From positions 67,551 through 131,550 of the forward strand of contig DASUNP010000067.1 of the NCBI GenBank assembly GCA_036277095.1: DNA of 64,000 nucleotides, given 5' to 3'. This stretch comes from Blastocatellia bacterium (GTDB taxonomy: Bacteria > Acidobacteriota > Blastocatellia > UBA7656). Position 1 is the first letter of the stretch; the number at the start of each line of letters is the position of its first letter. Of this stretch, positions 10,499 through 21,040 are shown piece by piece. Made by a program: the position numbers and the translations under genes. The notes under the pieces were generated by a model, which made no database searches, was not told the DNA's origin, and worked only from the letters and a program-made list of their open reading frames with translations.

Positions 10499-11359
10499 CT
10501 ACTTCCGCACTACTCGCAGGCACTCGCCCTCAATGGACCACATATCGTCGCAATCTCTGAGCGGCATGGCTTTTAGACCTTGCCGGTCAAGCTCTTCGAT
10601 CAGGTCGGCTTTAGACTGGCCGATTTCGCCCCAGGTCGTCGGGTGGATTTCGATAAAAAGAGCAAGCTCTTTGCCGCGAGCTTTGATCGTCTCGCGCGCG
10701 CCGCGCAATACGGCCAGCTCAAATCCTTCGACATCTATCTTGATTAAATCGGGCGCGATTTTTTCGCGCGCGCAGAATTCATCTACGGTGACGGTTGGCA
10801 CCGTTACGACCCGCGATTGATCGTTCCGGTCTTGTTCAACCGCGAGCCTGTTCATTCCGTGATGATCGAGCGCAAGAAAACTGGCCGTCGCCGTAGAATC
10901 AGAAACCGCCGCCTGCACGGGCGTCACACGGTCGCTCAAGGAGTTCAAGCTGATGTGTTTGGAAAGCTTCGAGAATGTATCCGCCGCAGGCTCGAAGGCA
11001 AAGACGCGGCCCGTCGGGCCAACCCACTGGCCCAACAGTAGAGAGTAGCAGCCGACGTTAGCGCCGATATCGAGCGCCGTATGACCCTGCGCGATCGCTT
11101 CTTTGAATGCTCTGTACTCGGCCACATTCCACGAGACGAAACGGCAGGCGGGCAAGACCCGAACAACTTCGCCGTCGGGCAGCGAGCATTTCAACCCCCT
11201 GCCGCCGGTTTGAATATTGAGAGCGATCTGGTAAGCAGCTTTGAGCAAGGGTCGAAAGGGCAGGTTGGCAACCGCCCTGCCGACGCTAGCGCCGAAGCTT
11301 TCAATGCGCGAAGGGCGGCGGAACTTATCGCTTTCCGCAATGGTTATACGGTCGGTCAT
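10499..11359 (-). CDS. FkbM-family methyltransferase
   Basis: 286 aa; ALDIGANVGCYSLLL ... FAFEP motifs. Confidence 0.75.
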   Translation of the reverse strand: MTDRITIAESDKFRRPSRIESFGASVGRAVANLPFRPLLKAAYQIALNIQTGGRGLKCSLPDGEVVRVLPACRFVSWNVAEYRAFKEAIAQGHTALDIGANVGCYSLLLGQWVGPTGRVFAFEPAADTFSKLSKHISLNSLSDRVTPVQAAVSDSTATASFLALDHHGMNRLAVEQDRNDQSRVVTVPTVTVDEFCAREKIAPDLIKIDVEGFELAVLRGARETIKARGKELALFIEIHPTTWGEIGQSKADLIEELDRQGLKAMPLRDCDDMWSIEGECLRVVRK

Positions 11360-11377
11360 TATGGTTTTGATGGCTGC

Positions 11378-12565
11378 TTAACTGCTACTGCCCGCAGCGA
11401 GCCGCTTTATCAACGCTGTCAGTTTTTCAGAGTAGATATCCGGTCGCCAGTCATTCTCTACTCTCTTCCTCGCTGCCGTTCCCAAACGATATCTGAGACG
11501 TGCCGAATCGATAAGCGTTTGCATTGATCTCACAAGCCCGCGCTCATCGCCCGGCTCGACTAGCAATCCCGTCACATCGTCTTCGATGATCTCAGGCACG
11601 GCATTGATGCGAGTGCCGATGGCGGGCAACCCCGCCGCCGCCGCTTCCTGATAGACCATGCCAAATGCTTCGCCGCGAGTCGGCATCACAAACAGGTCCG
11701 CTTCTCGCCAGAGGTCGGTCCACTTGTCTGTGAAAGGAGCGACCTGATTGATGACGCTTGCGCCGCGCGGCAAATCGGCCTCGTTTATGGGCCAGTCGGT
11801 TACCAGGTTAAGATCTGCGCGCGCGCCAAAATCTCCGGCCTTCCATGCGGCCAGAAGCTCAGGCCCGCCTTTGCGGTTGAAATCGCCGCCGATAAACAGG
11901 ACGCGAACGCGCGCTGAATCATCGGCTTCAAATCGCGCCTGTCTCTGCTCGATCCATCGCTTTTGAAAGCTCTCTAACCTTACGGGGTAAGGCAGGACAT
12001 GCAGCTTCTCTGCACAGTCCGGATGTTCGCGCGCCAGGTCGTCAGCCGCCCATCTGGAAGTCGCAATAATGGCCGCCGCCGCTCGGAAGACGGCCCGGTC
12101 GTGAATTATGTTAGGCCAGTAGGTCGCACGCTCCAGCCGCGAAGCGGCTTCGCGGCTCGCCAGGCGTTGAGTGCAATCGATTGAAACTATGCTCGGAACC
12201 CGCCTCATGCGTCCGAGGCTCATGTAAGCGGTCGCCTGTGTGTGGAAATGGAAAATGTCGAACCGGCCTGCGCGCTGTTCGCAGGCCCTTATGCGCCGCG
12301 CCGCGAGCAGCCCGCAGTGTAATTCGTGCCGCCACCGCGCAAGGTCGATATTGGTGCCCGAAAACCGTGTCGCCCCGAGAGCCTGGAAGCAGATCAGGCG
12401 GCGGAGCGCGCGGTCGTTTGTCGTCAGCCCTTCGCTCAGATCGATATGACAGCTATCAATCTCGCGATCGGATTGCACGCAATCTCTCAATAGTCGCGAG
12501 ACTGACCTGTGACCGAGGATGCCGGAGTTGATAAACAAAGCGCTGTGCTTATTCTGTCCGCTCAA
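11378..12565 (-). CDS. GT4 family glycosyltransferase
   Basis: 395 aa; GEAFGMVYQEAAAAGLPAIGTRINAVPEII motif. Confidence 0.8.
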   Translation of the reverse strand: MSGQNKHSALFINSGILGHRSVSRLLRDCVQSDREIDSCHIDLSEGLTTNDRALRRLICFQALGATRFSGTNIDLARWRHELHCGLLAARRIRACEQRAGRFDIFHFHTQATAYMSLGRMRRVPSIVSIDCTQRLASREAASRLERATYWPNIIHDRAVFRAAAAIIATSRWAADDLAREHPDCAEKLHVLPYPVRLESFQKRWIEQRQARFEADDSARVRVLFIGGDFNRKGGPELLAAWKAGDFGARADLNLVTDWPINEADLPRGASVINQVAPFTDKWTDLWREADLFVMPTRGEAFGMVYQEAAAAGLPAIGTRINAVPEIIEDDVTGLLVEPGDERGLVRSMQTLIDSARLRYRLGTAARKRVENDWRPDIYSEKLTALIKRLAAGSSS

Positions 12566-12603
12566 TCTCTATTTGCCTTGATCGCGAGCAGTGTTGGAGG
12601 CCG

Positions 12604-13449
12604 TCACGTGGCTATGAAGCGAAAGACCGCGTCGATAGAATCATAAACATCGCGCGCAGCCATCCGACGCCCCTCGTAGGAAAAGAATTGATAGCCGTAG
12701 CCTTGAAGGTCGTTGCAAATGATCCTCGGGTTTATCCCTCTTTGCTCAAGCAGGTCCAGGTGCAGCTCAAGACATATTACGGGCTTCTTCCGCTTTAACA
12801 TATCACGCGCGCCGAGCAGTGCTTCATGCTCGTAACCCTCTATGTCAATCTTTACTATGTCCGGGTAAATGCCGAGCCTGCTGCATTCTTCATCCAGGGT
12901 CGTCATCTGCACGTCGATCTCCTGGTCGCGATTCTCTTCGGAGCCGAAGCGTATGAACTCCGAAGAATCCAAAGAGGCGGTGACTATGTCTCTCTTATCG
13001 CCGATAGCGAACGGCTCCAGGCTGATCCTTGACTGAAACCAATTCATGCGCGCTAACTTTTCTGCCCCTCGGACCAGTGAAGGCGAAGGCTCGTAAGCGA
13101 TTGCTTTGTTCGCTTGATTACAACCGCAGAAGACGAGTGAAAAGAGCCCCTTGTGCGCGCCGACATCAAAAAGAGTCCGCGCAGTATCGGCGGCCTTGAC
13201 GAACCCGTACATCTCTTCAATCGATGCGCCGTTGCTGACAAAGTGAAACGTAAAATCGTCGAGATCGTCCTTCGTCACGTATAGTTTTATTCTGTTGTCT
13301 ATCAGGATGAATAACCCGGACTCGTCATTCGAGACGCTGAACGCGAGTTTCATCCTGCTCCGCTTGTAGCCGTAAAGCCTGCCCCTGACCCTGCTCTTTA
13401 GTCTTTCGGGCGCTAGCCTGGCGCCGGCCCTTCTTAACCATCGCTTCAT
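12604..13449 (-). CDS. FkbM-family methyltransferase
   Basis: 281 aa; LFDVGAHKGLFSLVF ... AYEPSP motifs. Confidence 0.7.
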   Translation of the reverse strand: MKRWLRRAGARLAPERLKSRVRGRLYGYKRSRMKLAFSVSNDESGLFILIDNRIKLYVTKDDLDDFTFHFVSNGASIEEMYGFVKAADTARTLFDVGAHKGLFSLVFCGCNQANKAIAYEPSPSLVRGAEKLARMNWFQSRISLEPFAIGDKRDIVTASLDSSEFIRFGSEENRDQEIDVQMTTLDEECSRLGIYPDIVKIDIEGYEHEALLGARDMLKRKKPVICLELHLDLLEQRGINPRIICNDLQGYGYQFFSYEGRRMAARDVYDSIDAVFRFIAT

Positions 13450-13472
13450 AAATTCTCGATCACGCTTGCCAC

Positions 13473-14999
13473 TTACTGCTGCTGCGGCAGCAGCCGCATC
13501 TTAATCAGCCACGGCTTAAACCTCAGAGGCAGCGGAAGCCCTACGTACAAAGGCCGCATGCCCCAGAGATAAACCGCCCCAAACAACGGCGCTATCAGGA
13601 CTGCGAACCAGAGACTATTCACCGCAAGCCAGGCCCCGATTACTCCGCACGCAAGCATCAAAGGCATGACGCGCACAAGCCACGGCATTATTGCCGCCTC
13701 CCAAACTTGCTTAAACGATAATCCCGTTCGCCGTTTAAGAATATGAGCAGCCAGCGGAACCATGAACAGTAGCGAGCCTATCAGGCTTGCCGCAGCGACT
13801 CCGTTGATGCCGAATAATAGGCCGAGCAGTGTGGCCGCCAGCAGGAAGAGGCCGCCTTGAATGAGAGTCAATAAGCCCGCCTGCATGCGACTTCCTAAGA
13901 CCGAAGCAGGGACGATCAACCCGTGCGTGAGAGAATGACCGATCACGACCGCAGCCAGCAGCGCGTTCAGCGCAAGCCCGCCGAACTTGTCGGCCCCGAC
14001 CCACAAGCTTACAAATCCCGGATTGAGTAAGAGGACGGCGCAAGCCACACCGCCCGTCGTAACGAGCAACAGCCGCAACATGCTCAGGACTACTTCTCTG
14101 ACTCTCTTCTGATCGCCTTCGCCCGAAAGTTGCGCAAGACCTACCATGCCGCTATCGGGCAACTGCCATGATAGCTGCATCAATATCTCGCCCATCTTCG
14201 CCGTGCAGGCATAAACGACGGCCATCTCCGGCCCTCTAATGGCAACGATGATCGCGCTGTTGCTCGCGGCAATCATCCGCCAGCCGAAATTACCGAGCCA
14301 TGTTCCGAACCCTTCTCTCATCAAGTAAGCGAGCTCGGAAAAAGTGGGGCGGCTCCACCCCGTCAGCAGATCGGGCGCAACGAGCCTGATCCTGATCAGA
14401 CAAAGCGCACAGCCGATCAGGGGGGGCACAACGGCGGACACTGCCAGAGCGTACAGGCCATAACCGTTGAACAGGAGCACCAGCATCAGGCAGATATTTA
14501 AAGCCCACTGGCCTACTCCCAGAAGGCCGAAAAAGACCACATCCTGTAATCCTTGCAACACAGCATAGAAAGCCCGGAACGGGAACAGAACCGCCGTGCC
14601 CGTGATTAGGAGAATTAGAGGACCGAACAGCGTCGCTTCGTTCGCACCGCTTAAATCGGCAATGCCGACAGAAAGGCCCCACATCAATACGGCCACAAGA
14701 ATATAGAGCAGCGAGGTGAGAATCGATGCGGCCAGGCCGTACCCGATCAGTTTTCTCATGCCTGCGCGGTCTTTTCCTCCATCCTTTTCGGCGACGAGCC
14801 AGGGCAGCACGTTTAGCACGCCGAGGTCTACCATCGCCGAATAGGCGAGAAGCTCTCCGCAGGCGAGCCACAATCCGTAATTCTGCGCGCCCACTTTCGA
14901 GAGGATGAGCGGCACCATCACTATGCCGGAAACAAACGCCAGCCCGAACTGAATATAGCTGAAACTGGCTGTCAGAGCCGCTTTGCGGGTTCGACTCAC
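13473..14999 (-). CDS. wzx: polysaccharide flippase (Wzx/MOP superfamily)
   Basis: 508 aa, highly hydrophobic with many predicted TM helices, typical length and position for an oligosaccharide flippase in Wzy-dependent clusters. Confidence 0.7.
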   Translation of the reverse strand: MSRTRKAALTASFSYIQFGLAFVSGIVMVPLILSKVGAQNYGLWLACGELLAYSAMVDLGVLNVLPWLVAEKDGGKDRAGMRKLIGYGLAASILTSLLYILVAVLMWGLSVGIADLSGANEATLFGPLILLITGTAVLFPFRAFYAVLQGLQDVVFFGLLGVGQWALNICLMLVLLFNGYGLYALAVSAVVPPLIGCALCLIRIRLVAPDLLTGWSRPTFSELAYLMREGFGTWLGNFGWRMIAASNSAIIVAIRGPEMAVVYACTAKMGEILMQLSWQLPDSGMVGLAQLSGEGDQKRVREVVLSMLRLLLVTTGGVACAVLLLNPGFVSLWVGADKFGGLALNALLAAVVIGHSLTHGLIVPASVLGSRMQAGLLTLIQGGLFLLAATLLGLLFGINGVAAASLIGSLLFMVPLAAHILKRRTGLSFKQVWEAAIMPWLVRVMPLMLACGVIGAWLAVNSLWFAVLIAPLFGAVYLWGMRPLYVGLPLPLRFKPWLIKMRLLPQQQ

Positions 15000-15892
15000 T
15001 TGCTCACCTGCGTCTTTTTAATAGAGCGCGCCATCTGCCGGAAAGTAAACATCCAGCTTCGCGCCGCCACGCGCCTTCGCCACACTGCGCGGCGGCGCGC
15101 ATGTTCTCTCGTTATTTCGCCGCCCCAGCGCTCGTGAAAAAGCCGCCCGTTTACCAGGGCTATTCGCTGCTGCGAGGATGGCTCTTTTCTTGACAGCGTA
15201 GAGCTACCCAGGTGCTTGAAGGCCCCTAGCCGCTCGTAGCCGTGGGTCGCCACCCTCCATCCGGCCTGCCTAATGCGAAAGCAGAGGTCGGCCTCGTCCC
15301 ACTCATGCGGGCAGAAGGCTTCGTCAAGATAGCCTACACGGTCTAGGCACTCGCGCCTGACTATCCAGGGGCGAACGACTATGTCGACCTCTTGAAGTCG
15401 CATCCAGTTCAGCGGCGCCTTACCGATCGTGCTCTCAAGCCGCCGCCAGTCGAGCAGGTCTACCCATTCGACTATAGGCTCGTCGAGCGGGTAACAGTTC
15501 AACCCACGGCTCAGGCTTAACAAGCCTATCTCGGGGTATGCGGCAAAGGTCGCAATCAATTCGTCTACGAACCAATCGCACTGCAAAAACATGTCGTCCT
15601 GCCAGACCAGTAGCAGCGGCGCCTTCGCTTCGGCAAAGCCTCGGTTATTGCACCTGAGCTCGTTGACATCGTCTTCGTGAAACCAGCGCATCTGTCTGCG
15701 TCCCCAGTCAGTATCGGCAAGCGACGCCAGATAATCCCGAGTATGATCGCGGCAGCCGTCTTCGATAACCAGTATCTCGATCTGCCCTGCTCGCCCGAAC
15801 CTCTGCCAGCTTTCCAGGCAGCGCTTGAGCACATTTAGATTGTTGTGTGTCGGGATGATGACAGATAGCTGAGGAATCAATGAATCGTTCAT
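14996..15892 (-). CDS. GT2 family glycosyltransferase
   Basis: 298 aa; LSVIIPTHNN ... EDGCRD region (GT-A); 4-bp overlap with wzx. Confidence 0.75.
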   Translation of the reverse strand: MNDSLIPQLSVIIPTHNNLNVLKRCLESWQRFGRAGQIEILVIEDGCRDHTRDYLASLADTDWGRRQMRWFHEDDVNELRCNNRGFAEAKAPLLLVWQDDMFLQCDWFVDELIATFAAYPEIGLLSLSRGLNCYPLDEPIVEWVDLLDWRRLESTIGKAPLNWMRLQEVDIVVRPWIVRRECLDRVGYLDEAFCPHEWDEADLCFRIRQAGWRVATHGYERLGAFKHLGSSTLSRKEPSSQQRIALVNGRLFHERWGGEITREHARRRAVWRRRVAARSWMFTFRQMARSIKKTQVSK

Positions 15893-15904
15893 CTGACTTC
15901 GCGT

Positions 15905-16903
15905 TTATGAAATCCTTTGAGCGTAAGCCTGCAAGTTCAAAGCCAGCGGCGTGTGGACGCCTCCCGGAATCAAGCGAGCTGCGTGATATACGCTCAACCG
16001 CAGATTATTCGATAATGCCGAACGAGAGAATAACGAGGCGCGGGTTGCACTCAGTTCGGGCGCGCCCACTGTGATCTCGATGTTCGAGAAGCCCGCGCGC
16101 TCAAGGGCCAGCTTGAGCGCGCGAGGGGAGAAATGATTTATGTGAACGAGATTATCCGCGACCGATACCCTGTAATTCTTTCTGAGTTTTGAGCGCGTTA
16201 TCTCTTTTAACAACTGGTTGGGGCCGCTGGGAACTTTGACGGCTATCGAGCCGCCCACCTCCAACAACCCCTTGAGAGTTGTGAGCACTGCGACAGGATC
16301 GGGAATATGCTCAAGCACGTCGAGCATGGTTACGGCTCGATAGCTGCGCCCAGCCGAAACCAGCGCGTGAGCATTGACCCTGTGAACCGGAAGCCCCGTT
16401 TTGTCTGCGGCAAAAGCAGAGGTGCGCGGGTTCAGCTCAATCCCCTCTGCTGCCCATCCGGCCTTGCTCGCCAGATAAATCAATCGCCCGACGTGCGCAC
16501 CTACATCGAGAAGACTGTAATGATTGCTGCTGAGATGATTATCGCGGTTGACACGACGCGAGAGCGCGGACAGCACGCGGCTGAAGATCAGGTCTTTACA
16601 TTCTGACTCGAACTCCTGTTCTATCCATTCCTGCGACCATCGCTGATCGTACATGCGATCAAAATATCGCGGGAGGGTCGGCGTCACGTCCGGTTGAGCG
16701 AACCCACACTCACGGCATCGATTGAGCCAGAACCGCTCGCCTGTATACTCTGCAAGCTCAGGGTCCTGCTCGGAGTAAACTTCAAACTCAAAGAGCCCCT
16801 GATGAACGGGCACGAGCCGATTGCCGCCGCAAATCCAACAATGGGTGAGCGGCTTGAATTTTGAATCTTTCGATCCGCGCTCTCGAACCGGTGCTAAAGA
16901 CAT
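15905..16903 (-). CDS. class I SAM-dependent methyltransferase with an N-terminal Cys4 zinc-ribbon
   Basis: 332 aa; CWICGGN ... CRECG zinc-ribbon; LLDVGAHVGRL SAM motif. Confidence 0.7.
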   Translation of the reverse strand: MSLAPVRERGSKDSKFKPLTHCWICGGNRLVPVHQGLFEFEVYSEQDPELAEYTGERFWLNRCRECGFAQPDVTPTLPRYFDRMYDQRWSQEWIEQEFESECKDLIFSRVLSALSRRVNRDNHLSSNHYSLLDVGAHVGRLIYLASKAGWAAEGIELNPRTSAFAADKTGLPVHRVNAHALVSAGRSYRAVTMLDVLEHIPDPVAVLTTLKGLLEVGGSIAVKVPSGPNQLLKEITRSKLRKNYRVSVADNLVHINHFSPRALKLALERAGFSNIEITVGAPELSATRASLFSRSALSNNLRLSVYHAARLIPGGVHTPLALNLQAYAQRIS

Positions 16904-16915
16904 AATGGATAATCG

Positions 16916-18055
16916 CTAGTTGCGCGCTTCGATCAACTGAATCATCTGCGCAGCCATGCCCTCCCAGGTGTGGCTGCGCAGGCTATTTGACAGGGGCGCG
17001 ACTTCTTCTTTGATCGTGTTGATGTTCCGTCGCCAGTTCCACAATCGTTCGCGGACCTCGTCGGGCTTGTTCGGGTCTTGAATCAATAGCTGCCGCAATC
17101 GGCCATCGTAATGTTCGGCCACGCCTGAAGCTGCGCTTACAATGGCCGGCACGTTGCGGCACAGGGCTTCGCGAACGACAAGGCCATAAGCCTCGTAACG
17201 CGCCGGGTGCGCGAGCGCATCACAGGCGGCAAGTACTTCGTGCACGTCCTGGCGAAAGCCGAGAAATTTTATCCGCCCCGTCAAATTCCTTTCCCCCGCC
17301 TGCCGTTTCCAATCGTTAAGCTCTGCGCCCGCGCCAATCACTACCAGATCGCAATCCCAATCCTTGTCCGCGCACAGCGTCTGCCACGCTTTAAACAGCG
17401 TGTCGAACCCTTTGCGGCGGTCGCCGAGCGCGCCCACGAAAGCGATCAGGGGCCGTTCGTCCCGCAGGCCGAGACTTCGGCGCGCCTCGCTTCTTTGCTC
17501 CGGCGTGATGGGCGAAAACCGTTTCGGATCGGACCCGTAATAGACGACGTTGACACGATCTTCAGCCACCCCGAGGTGTTCGATTATGTCTCGCCGAGTT
17601 CGATGGCTGTTGCACAACACTAAACGAGCGCCGGCCAGCGTTGCGCGTTCGCTGGTAAGGGCCTTGCGATGAGCGATGTCCGTCTTGAGCCTGTAGATCG
17701 CACGCCCAGACGCCTGTGGCGTGTAAGCGGCGTGAACGTAATGTATCCAGTTGATATCACTCCATGAGCAGTTGCCGCCGTTGACCACTACGCGGCCGCT
17801 GCGCGCCGTTATCTTTGAAGCCCATGCGCGGCCCACGCGGTCGAGCAAAGGGCTGCCGAGCAGGTATGAGTCCAGGGGCTTTGAAACAGAGTGGACGCGT
17901 ACGTTGGGATAAGCGCAGAGTCCTGTATCTACGCGGTGCGCGACCAGGTGCAACTCCACGCCACGCTCAGCCAGGTAGCTGGCAAGCGCCAGGTTTGCCA
18001 TGTCCATCCCGCCCGTGCGAACGAAATCGCCTGTAACGATAACGTAAGGTGCCAT
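16916..18055 (-). CDS. GT4 family glycosyltransferase
   Basis: 379 aa; N-terminal GGMDMANLALASYLAERG and C-terminal EAYGLVVREALCRNVPAIVSA. Confidence 0.8.
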   Translation of the reverse strand: MAPYVIVTGDFVRTGGMDMANLALASYLAERGVELHLVAHRVDTGLCAYPNVRVHSVSKPLDSYLLGSPLLDRVGRAWASKITARSGRVVVNGGNCSWSDINWIHYVHAAYTPQASGRAIYRLKTDIAHRKALTSERATLAGARLVLCNSHRTRRDIIEHLGVAEDRVNVVYYGSDPKRFSPITPEQRSEARRSLGLRDERPLIAFVGALGDRRKGFDTLFKAWQTLCADKDWDCDLVVIGAGAELNDWKRQAGERNLTGRIKFLGFRQDVHEVLAACDALAHPARYEAYGLVVREALCRNVPAIVSAASGVAEHYDGRLRQLLIQDPNKPDEVRERLWNWRRNINTIKEEVAPLSNSLRSHTWEGMAAQMIQLIEARN

Positions 18056-19449
18056 CAGCGATTAGATTTGGGGCTGTTGCGAGCCGCAGCGAATATAGCC
18101 GCGTTGAGCAACCAGAATTCCAGACCCGCCTGCCCTATAAAGAGGGGGTAGCTGAATGTGAGCGCGATCGCGCTGACGTTGTAAGCCAACAGCAGCGCCC
18201 CCCAGAGATAAAGATTACCGAACAGATGTGGCGGCTTTTGCACGACCCTCCAGGCTGCGTAGAGAGCCATTAATAGCGCTATCATATAAGCAATCATCAA
18301 AGGCACGCCGCCATCCAGAAGCCAGCCCGTCCATTGGATCTCTGCGTAAAGCGCTTTCTTAGTTGGGTCGCCCTTCTGGCCGAAATAAGAACTCATCATC
18401 CCCCAGCGCCCGAGCCCGGCCCCGAGCGGATAAACGGGCAGCAATTCTCTAAGCGTATACTCAAGAAATATCCCGCGGCTTCTGTAATAGACTTCCGTAG
18501 GGCGCGCATCGACGAGCGAAGAGAGCCTGGTCGTGACGCTCGTTCCGGCCAGTGATACGGCGAGGTAGAAACTTCCCAGCACTGCAATGACCAGAATCAT
18601 GAGGAGCATGCTGAATTTAGCCACGTTGCGCTTCCATATCAGTATGGCTGTTAATGCCACTATGCAGATGGCGGCCATAATAAGAACGGACCGCAACTGA
18701 GACAGGTATATGCTTCCAAGCCCTATGATGATGCTTACGATAGAAGCGACTTTTACCCACGCTTTGCGCTCGATCAGAAAGAACCCCAGCCCGAAAAGCA
18801 CGGCGTAGTACCCGCCTGTCGCAGCTCCGCCGGGGATGTCTGTCAACCCCATAGGTCTCAGCACACGCTGCCCGCTGGCGGTCGTGATCGACAGGTCCGC
18901 AATAAAGCCTTCATCCATCGCCGCATAAATGGCCGAAAGATTCGGCTGAAACCTGCCCGGCGCATAGACCTGTAAGATCCCTACGGCCGCGCTCAGCGTA
19001 TAAAAGACCCACAGTATCAAGATCACGCGGCGCAGCCCGTTCACATCGACCTTAAGACGAGATACCCAGAACAAAGGGGCAAGAATCGCCAGGTACATGA
19101 CGCATTGAGCGACCCCGGCTGCGAGATTAGTATTCGGGTGAAATAATGATAAAAAGACAATGCCCAGTATCCACTTTGCGGCTGTGCTTGCCGGGTGTCT
19201 CTCTCCGCGACCGCGCAGGGCGAAGAGGAAAGCAATGCTCAGTCCGAAGCTCGCTATACGAAGCATGAGGCGGAAGGAGCCGAAGCTGCTTGAAAGCAAC
19301 GCGAGCTGGCAGCATATCTGGAATAAGACGAATACCTGTATCCAGAAGGTCGAAGACCGGTCGCGCAGCCGCCTTAAAGCGCTCGGTTTTGTGGTGATGG
19401 GTCGCGCGCCTGTTGTTAAGCTGGTAAAGCCTGGTCTGATAGAAGCCAT
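18055..19449 (-). CDS. wzy: O-antigen ligase/polymerase-like membrane protein (Wzy-like)
   Basis: 464 aa, polytopic membrane protein with a large periplasmic loop, located in a Wzx/Wzc cluster. The start may be an internal Met, because the ORF overlaps the upstream gene by 34 bp. Confidence 0.6.
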   Translation of the reverse strand: MASIRPGFTSLTTGARPITTKPSALRRLRDRSSTFWIQVFVLFQICCQLALLSSSFGSFRLMLRIASFGLSIAFLFALRGRGERHPASTAAKWILGIVFLSLFHPNTNLAAGVAQCVMYLAILAPLFWVSRLKVDVNGLRRVILILWVFYTLSAAVGILQVYAPGRFQPNLSAIYAAMDEGFIADLSITTASGQRVLRPMGLTDIPGGAATGGYYAVLFGLGFFLIERKAWVKVASIVSIIIGLGSIYLSQLRSVLIMAAICIVALTAILIWKRNVAKFSMLLMILVIAVLGSFYLAVSLAGTSVTTRLSSLVDARPTEVYYRSRGIFLEYTLRELLPVYPLGAGLGRWGMMSSYFGQKGDPTKKALYAEIQWTGWLLDGGVPLMIAYMIALLMALYAAWRVVQKPPHLFGNLYLWGALLLAYNVSAIALTFSYPLFIGQAGLEFWLLNAAIFAAARNSPKSNR

Positions 19450-20348
19450 AAGCTGTGCGGCCAGTCATCAATGTTTGAAGCCGCGCCCAAAGGACTCAAG
19501 AACCGTCTCAGATCGAGCGAGCGAGCGTAAGACGCATGGCGTATCGCTTCGGGCGAATGATCTATCCACCACCCGCGATACCCGTGCGACAAAAGTAGAT
19601 CGAGCACATCCTTTGTGCTGTGTCCGTGCTCGGCAAGTATCGAGGGGTGCATCTCAAGCAATATCGAGCGGTAGCGCTGCCCGGCCAGCCCCTCCTGCAT
19701 TCCGCGCAGCGCCATTCTTTCAGCGCCTTCAATATCCATCTTTAAAACATCGACCCGCTCGACCGTTTGCTCGTCCAGCACTTCGTCAAGCTGTCGCGCC
19801 TCAACCGGAAAGAGCGGCGAGTTATCGACAGCCCCTCGGACGACTTTGGACAATCCCCAGTTGTCGCGCTCTTCATCGTAACCGCTTAAATTGACAGTCC
19901 CATTTTTGTCCATCGCAGCCAGTTGCAGGGCCGTGACGTGCGAAAGATTGTTTCTGACAAGATTGCTCTCAAGCAGACGAAATATTCTCGGGTCGGGTTC
20001 AAGACTGATTACGCGCCCGCTGTCGCCGACCAGATGCGCGGCCAGTAATGTGAAGTAGCCCCAGTTCGCCCCTACGTCGACAAACGTCATGCCCGGTTGC
20101 AGCAATCTCTGAAGCAACGCCGATTGCTGCGGCTCGTATCTGCCCATAAAGCAGACTTCGCGCGAAATGGAATCGCGCAGATTGCATTCGAAGAGAAACC
20201 GCCCGCTCTCTTCCGGCAATTTCATCAGGAAGGGGGGCGAAGGCCGCCGGCATAGCCAGTTCATAGCTCGATAGCGGGCCGCCGGGAGCCGCCTGATTAT
20301 CGATGACGTGATATGCACCCACGCGGGCGGCGTGCTAGGGGTTTCCAC
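19416..20348 (-). CDS. FkbM-family methyltransferase
   Basis: 310 aa; FVDVGANWGYFTLLAA ... SLEPDP motifs. Confidence 0.75.
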   Translation of the reverse strand: METPSTPPAWVHITSSIIRRLPAARYRAMNWLCRRPSPPFLMKLPEESGRFLFECNLRDSISREVCFMGRYEPQQSALLQRLLQPGMTFVDVGANWGYFTLLAAHLVGDSGRVISLEPDPRIFRLLESNLVRNNLSHVTALQLAAMDKNGTVNLSGYDEERDNWGLSKVVRGAVDNSPLFPVEARQLDEVLDEQTVERVDVLKMDIEGAERMALRGMQEGLAGQRYRSILLEMHPSILAEHGHSTKDVLDLLLSHGYRGWWIDHSPEAIRHASYARSLDLRRFLSPLGAASNIDDWPHSLWLLSDQALPA

Positions 20349-21027
20349 TCGCTTTCCTCCCGATCAAAATAAGGTTATCCGACAACGCGCGGGGAAAGAT
20401 GTTCGAGACGAATCGCGGAAAGTGCCAGGGCGACAGAATGATTCGCCCCTTGCGGCTGTAATCGATCTCTATGTCGCCGAGCTTGCACTCGCTCGCTATC
20501 CGCTTCAAATCCACTTCGATCAGCGCGGTGATGTGCGCGGGATAGCTCGCGTCTTGAAAAGCAGAGAACCTATGTTTGAAGACGAGGGTTATCAAACTGA
20601 GCAAACTGAGTTGATTAGGAGTTGTCACTAAAACCCAGCCGCCGGGCTTCGCAATTCTTAAGATGCTGCGCATGAATGCTCGCGGGTTTTCCAGATGCTC
20701 AATCGTCTCGACCGCGACGACCGCATCTGCGCAACCCGCCGGCAAGCTTAGATCTTCCTTATCGAGGTCCGCCAGAATAAGCTCTGCGCCCTCGGGAAAG
20801 TCATCATGCCGGATTGCGTCAACTCCTATGTAGCGGTCGAATCGATCGCGCACGAAAGGCCAGAGGTTGCCGGTTCCGCAACCAACGTCGACGAGCAACT
20901 CTCCGCGCGCGCAGCGATCTTTAAGGATTCCGGCGACCCTGCCGTAGATGGCTTCGTCGCTTGCGCCGAGACTCTGGCGCGCGCGCGCTTCAAGCTCTTG
21001 CCGATCCATAGAAGCGACAACATTCAT
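20335..21027 (-). CDS. class I SAM-dependent methyltransferase (start trimmed to the internal MNVVAS; the ORF track gives 21150)
   Basis: LLVDVGCGTGNL motif. The long form would overlap the upstream GT by 110 bp. Confidence 0.7.
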   Translation of the reverse strand: MNVVASMDRQELEARARQSLGASDEAIYGRVAGILKDRCARGELLVDVGCGTGNLWPFVRDRFDRYIGVDAIRHDDFPEGAELILADLDKEDLSLPAGCADAVVAVETIEHLENPRAFMRSILRIAKPGGWVLVTTPNQLSLLSLITLVFKHRFSAFQDASYPAHITALIEVDLKRIASECKLGDIEIDYSRKGRIILSPWHFPRFVSNIFPRALSDNLILIGRKASGNP

Positions 21028-21040
21028 GCGCCAGCCTCGT

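Noticed and set aside
14290-14871. 193-aa Arg-rich ORF inside wzx (and similar ones, for example 3122-3316, 6122-6319 and 48304-48615)
   Set aside because: They are alternative-frame artefacts inside strongly supported genes.
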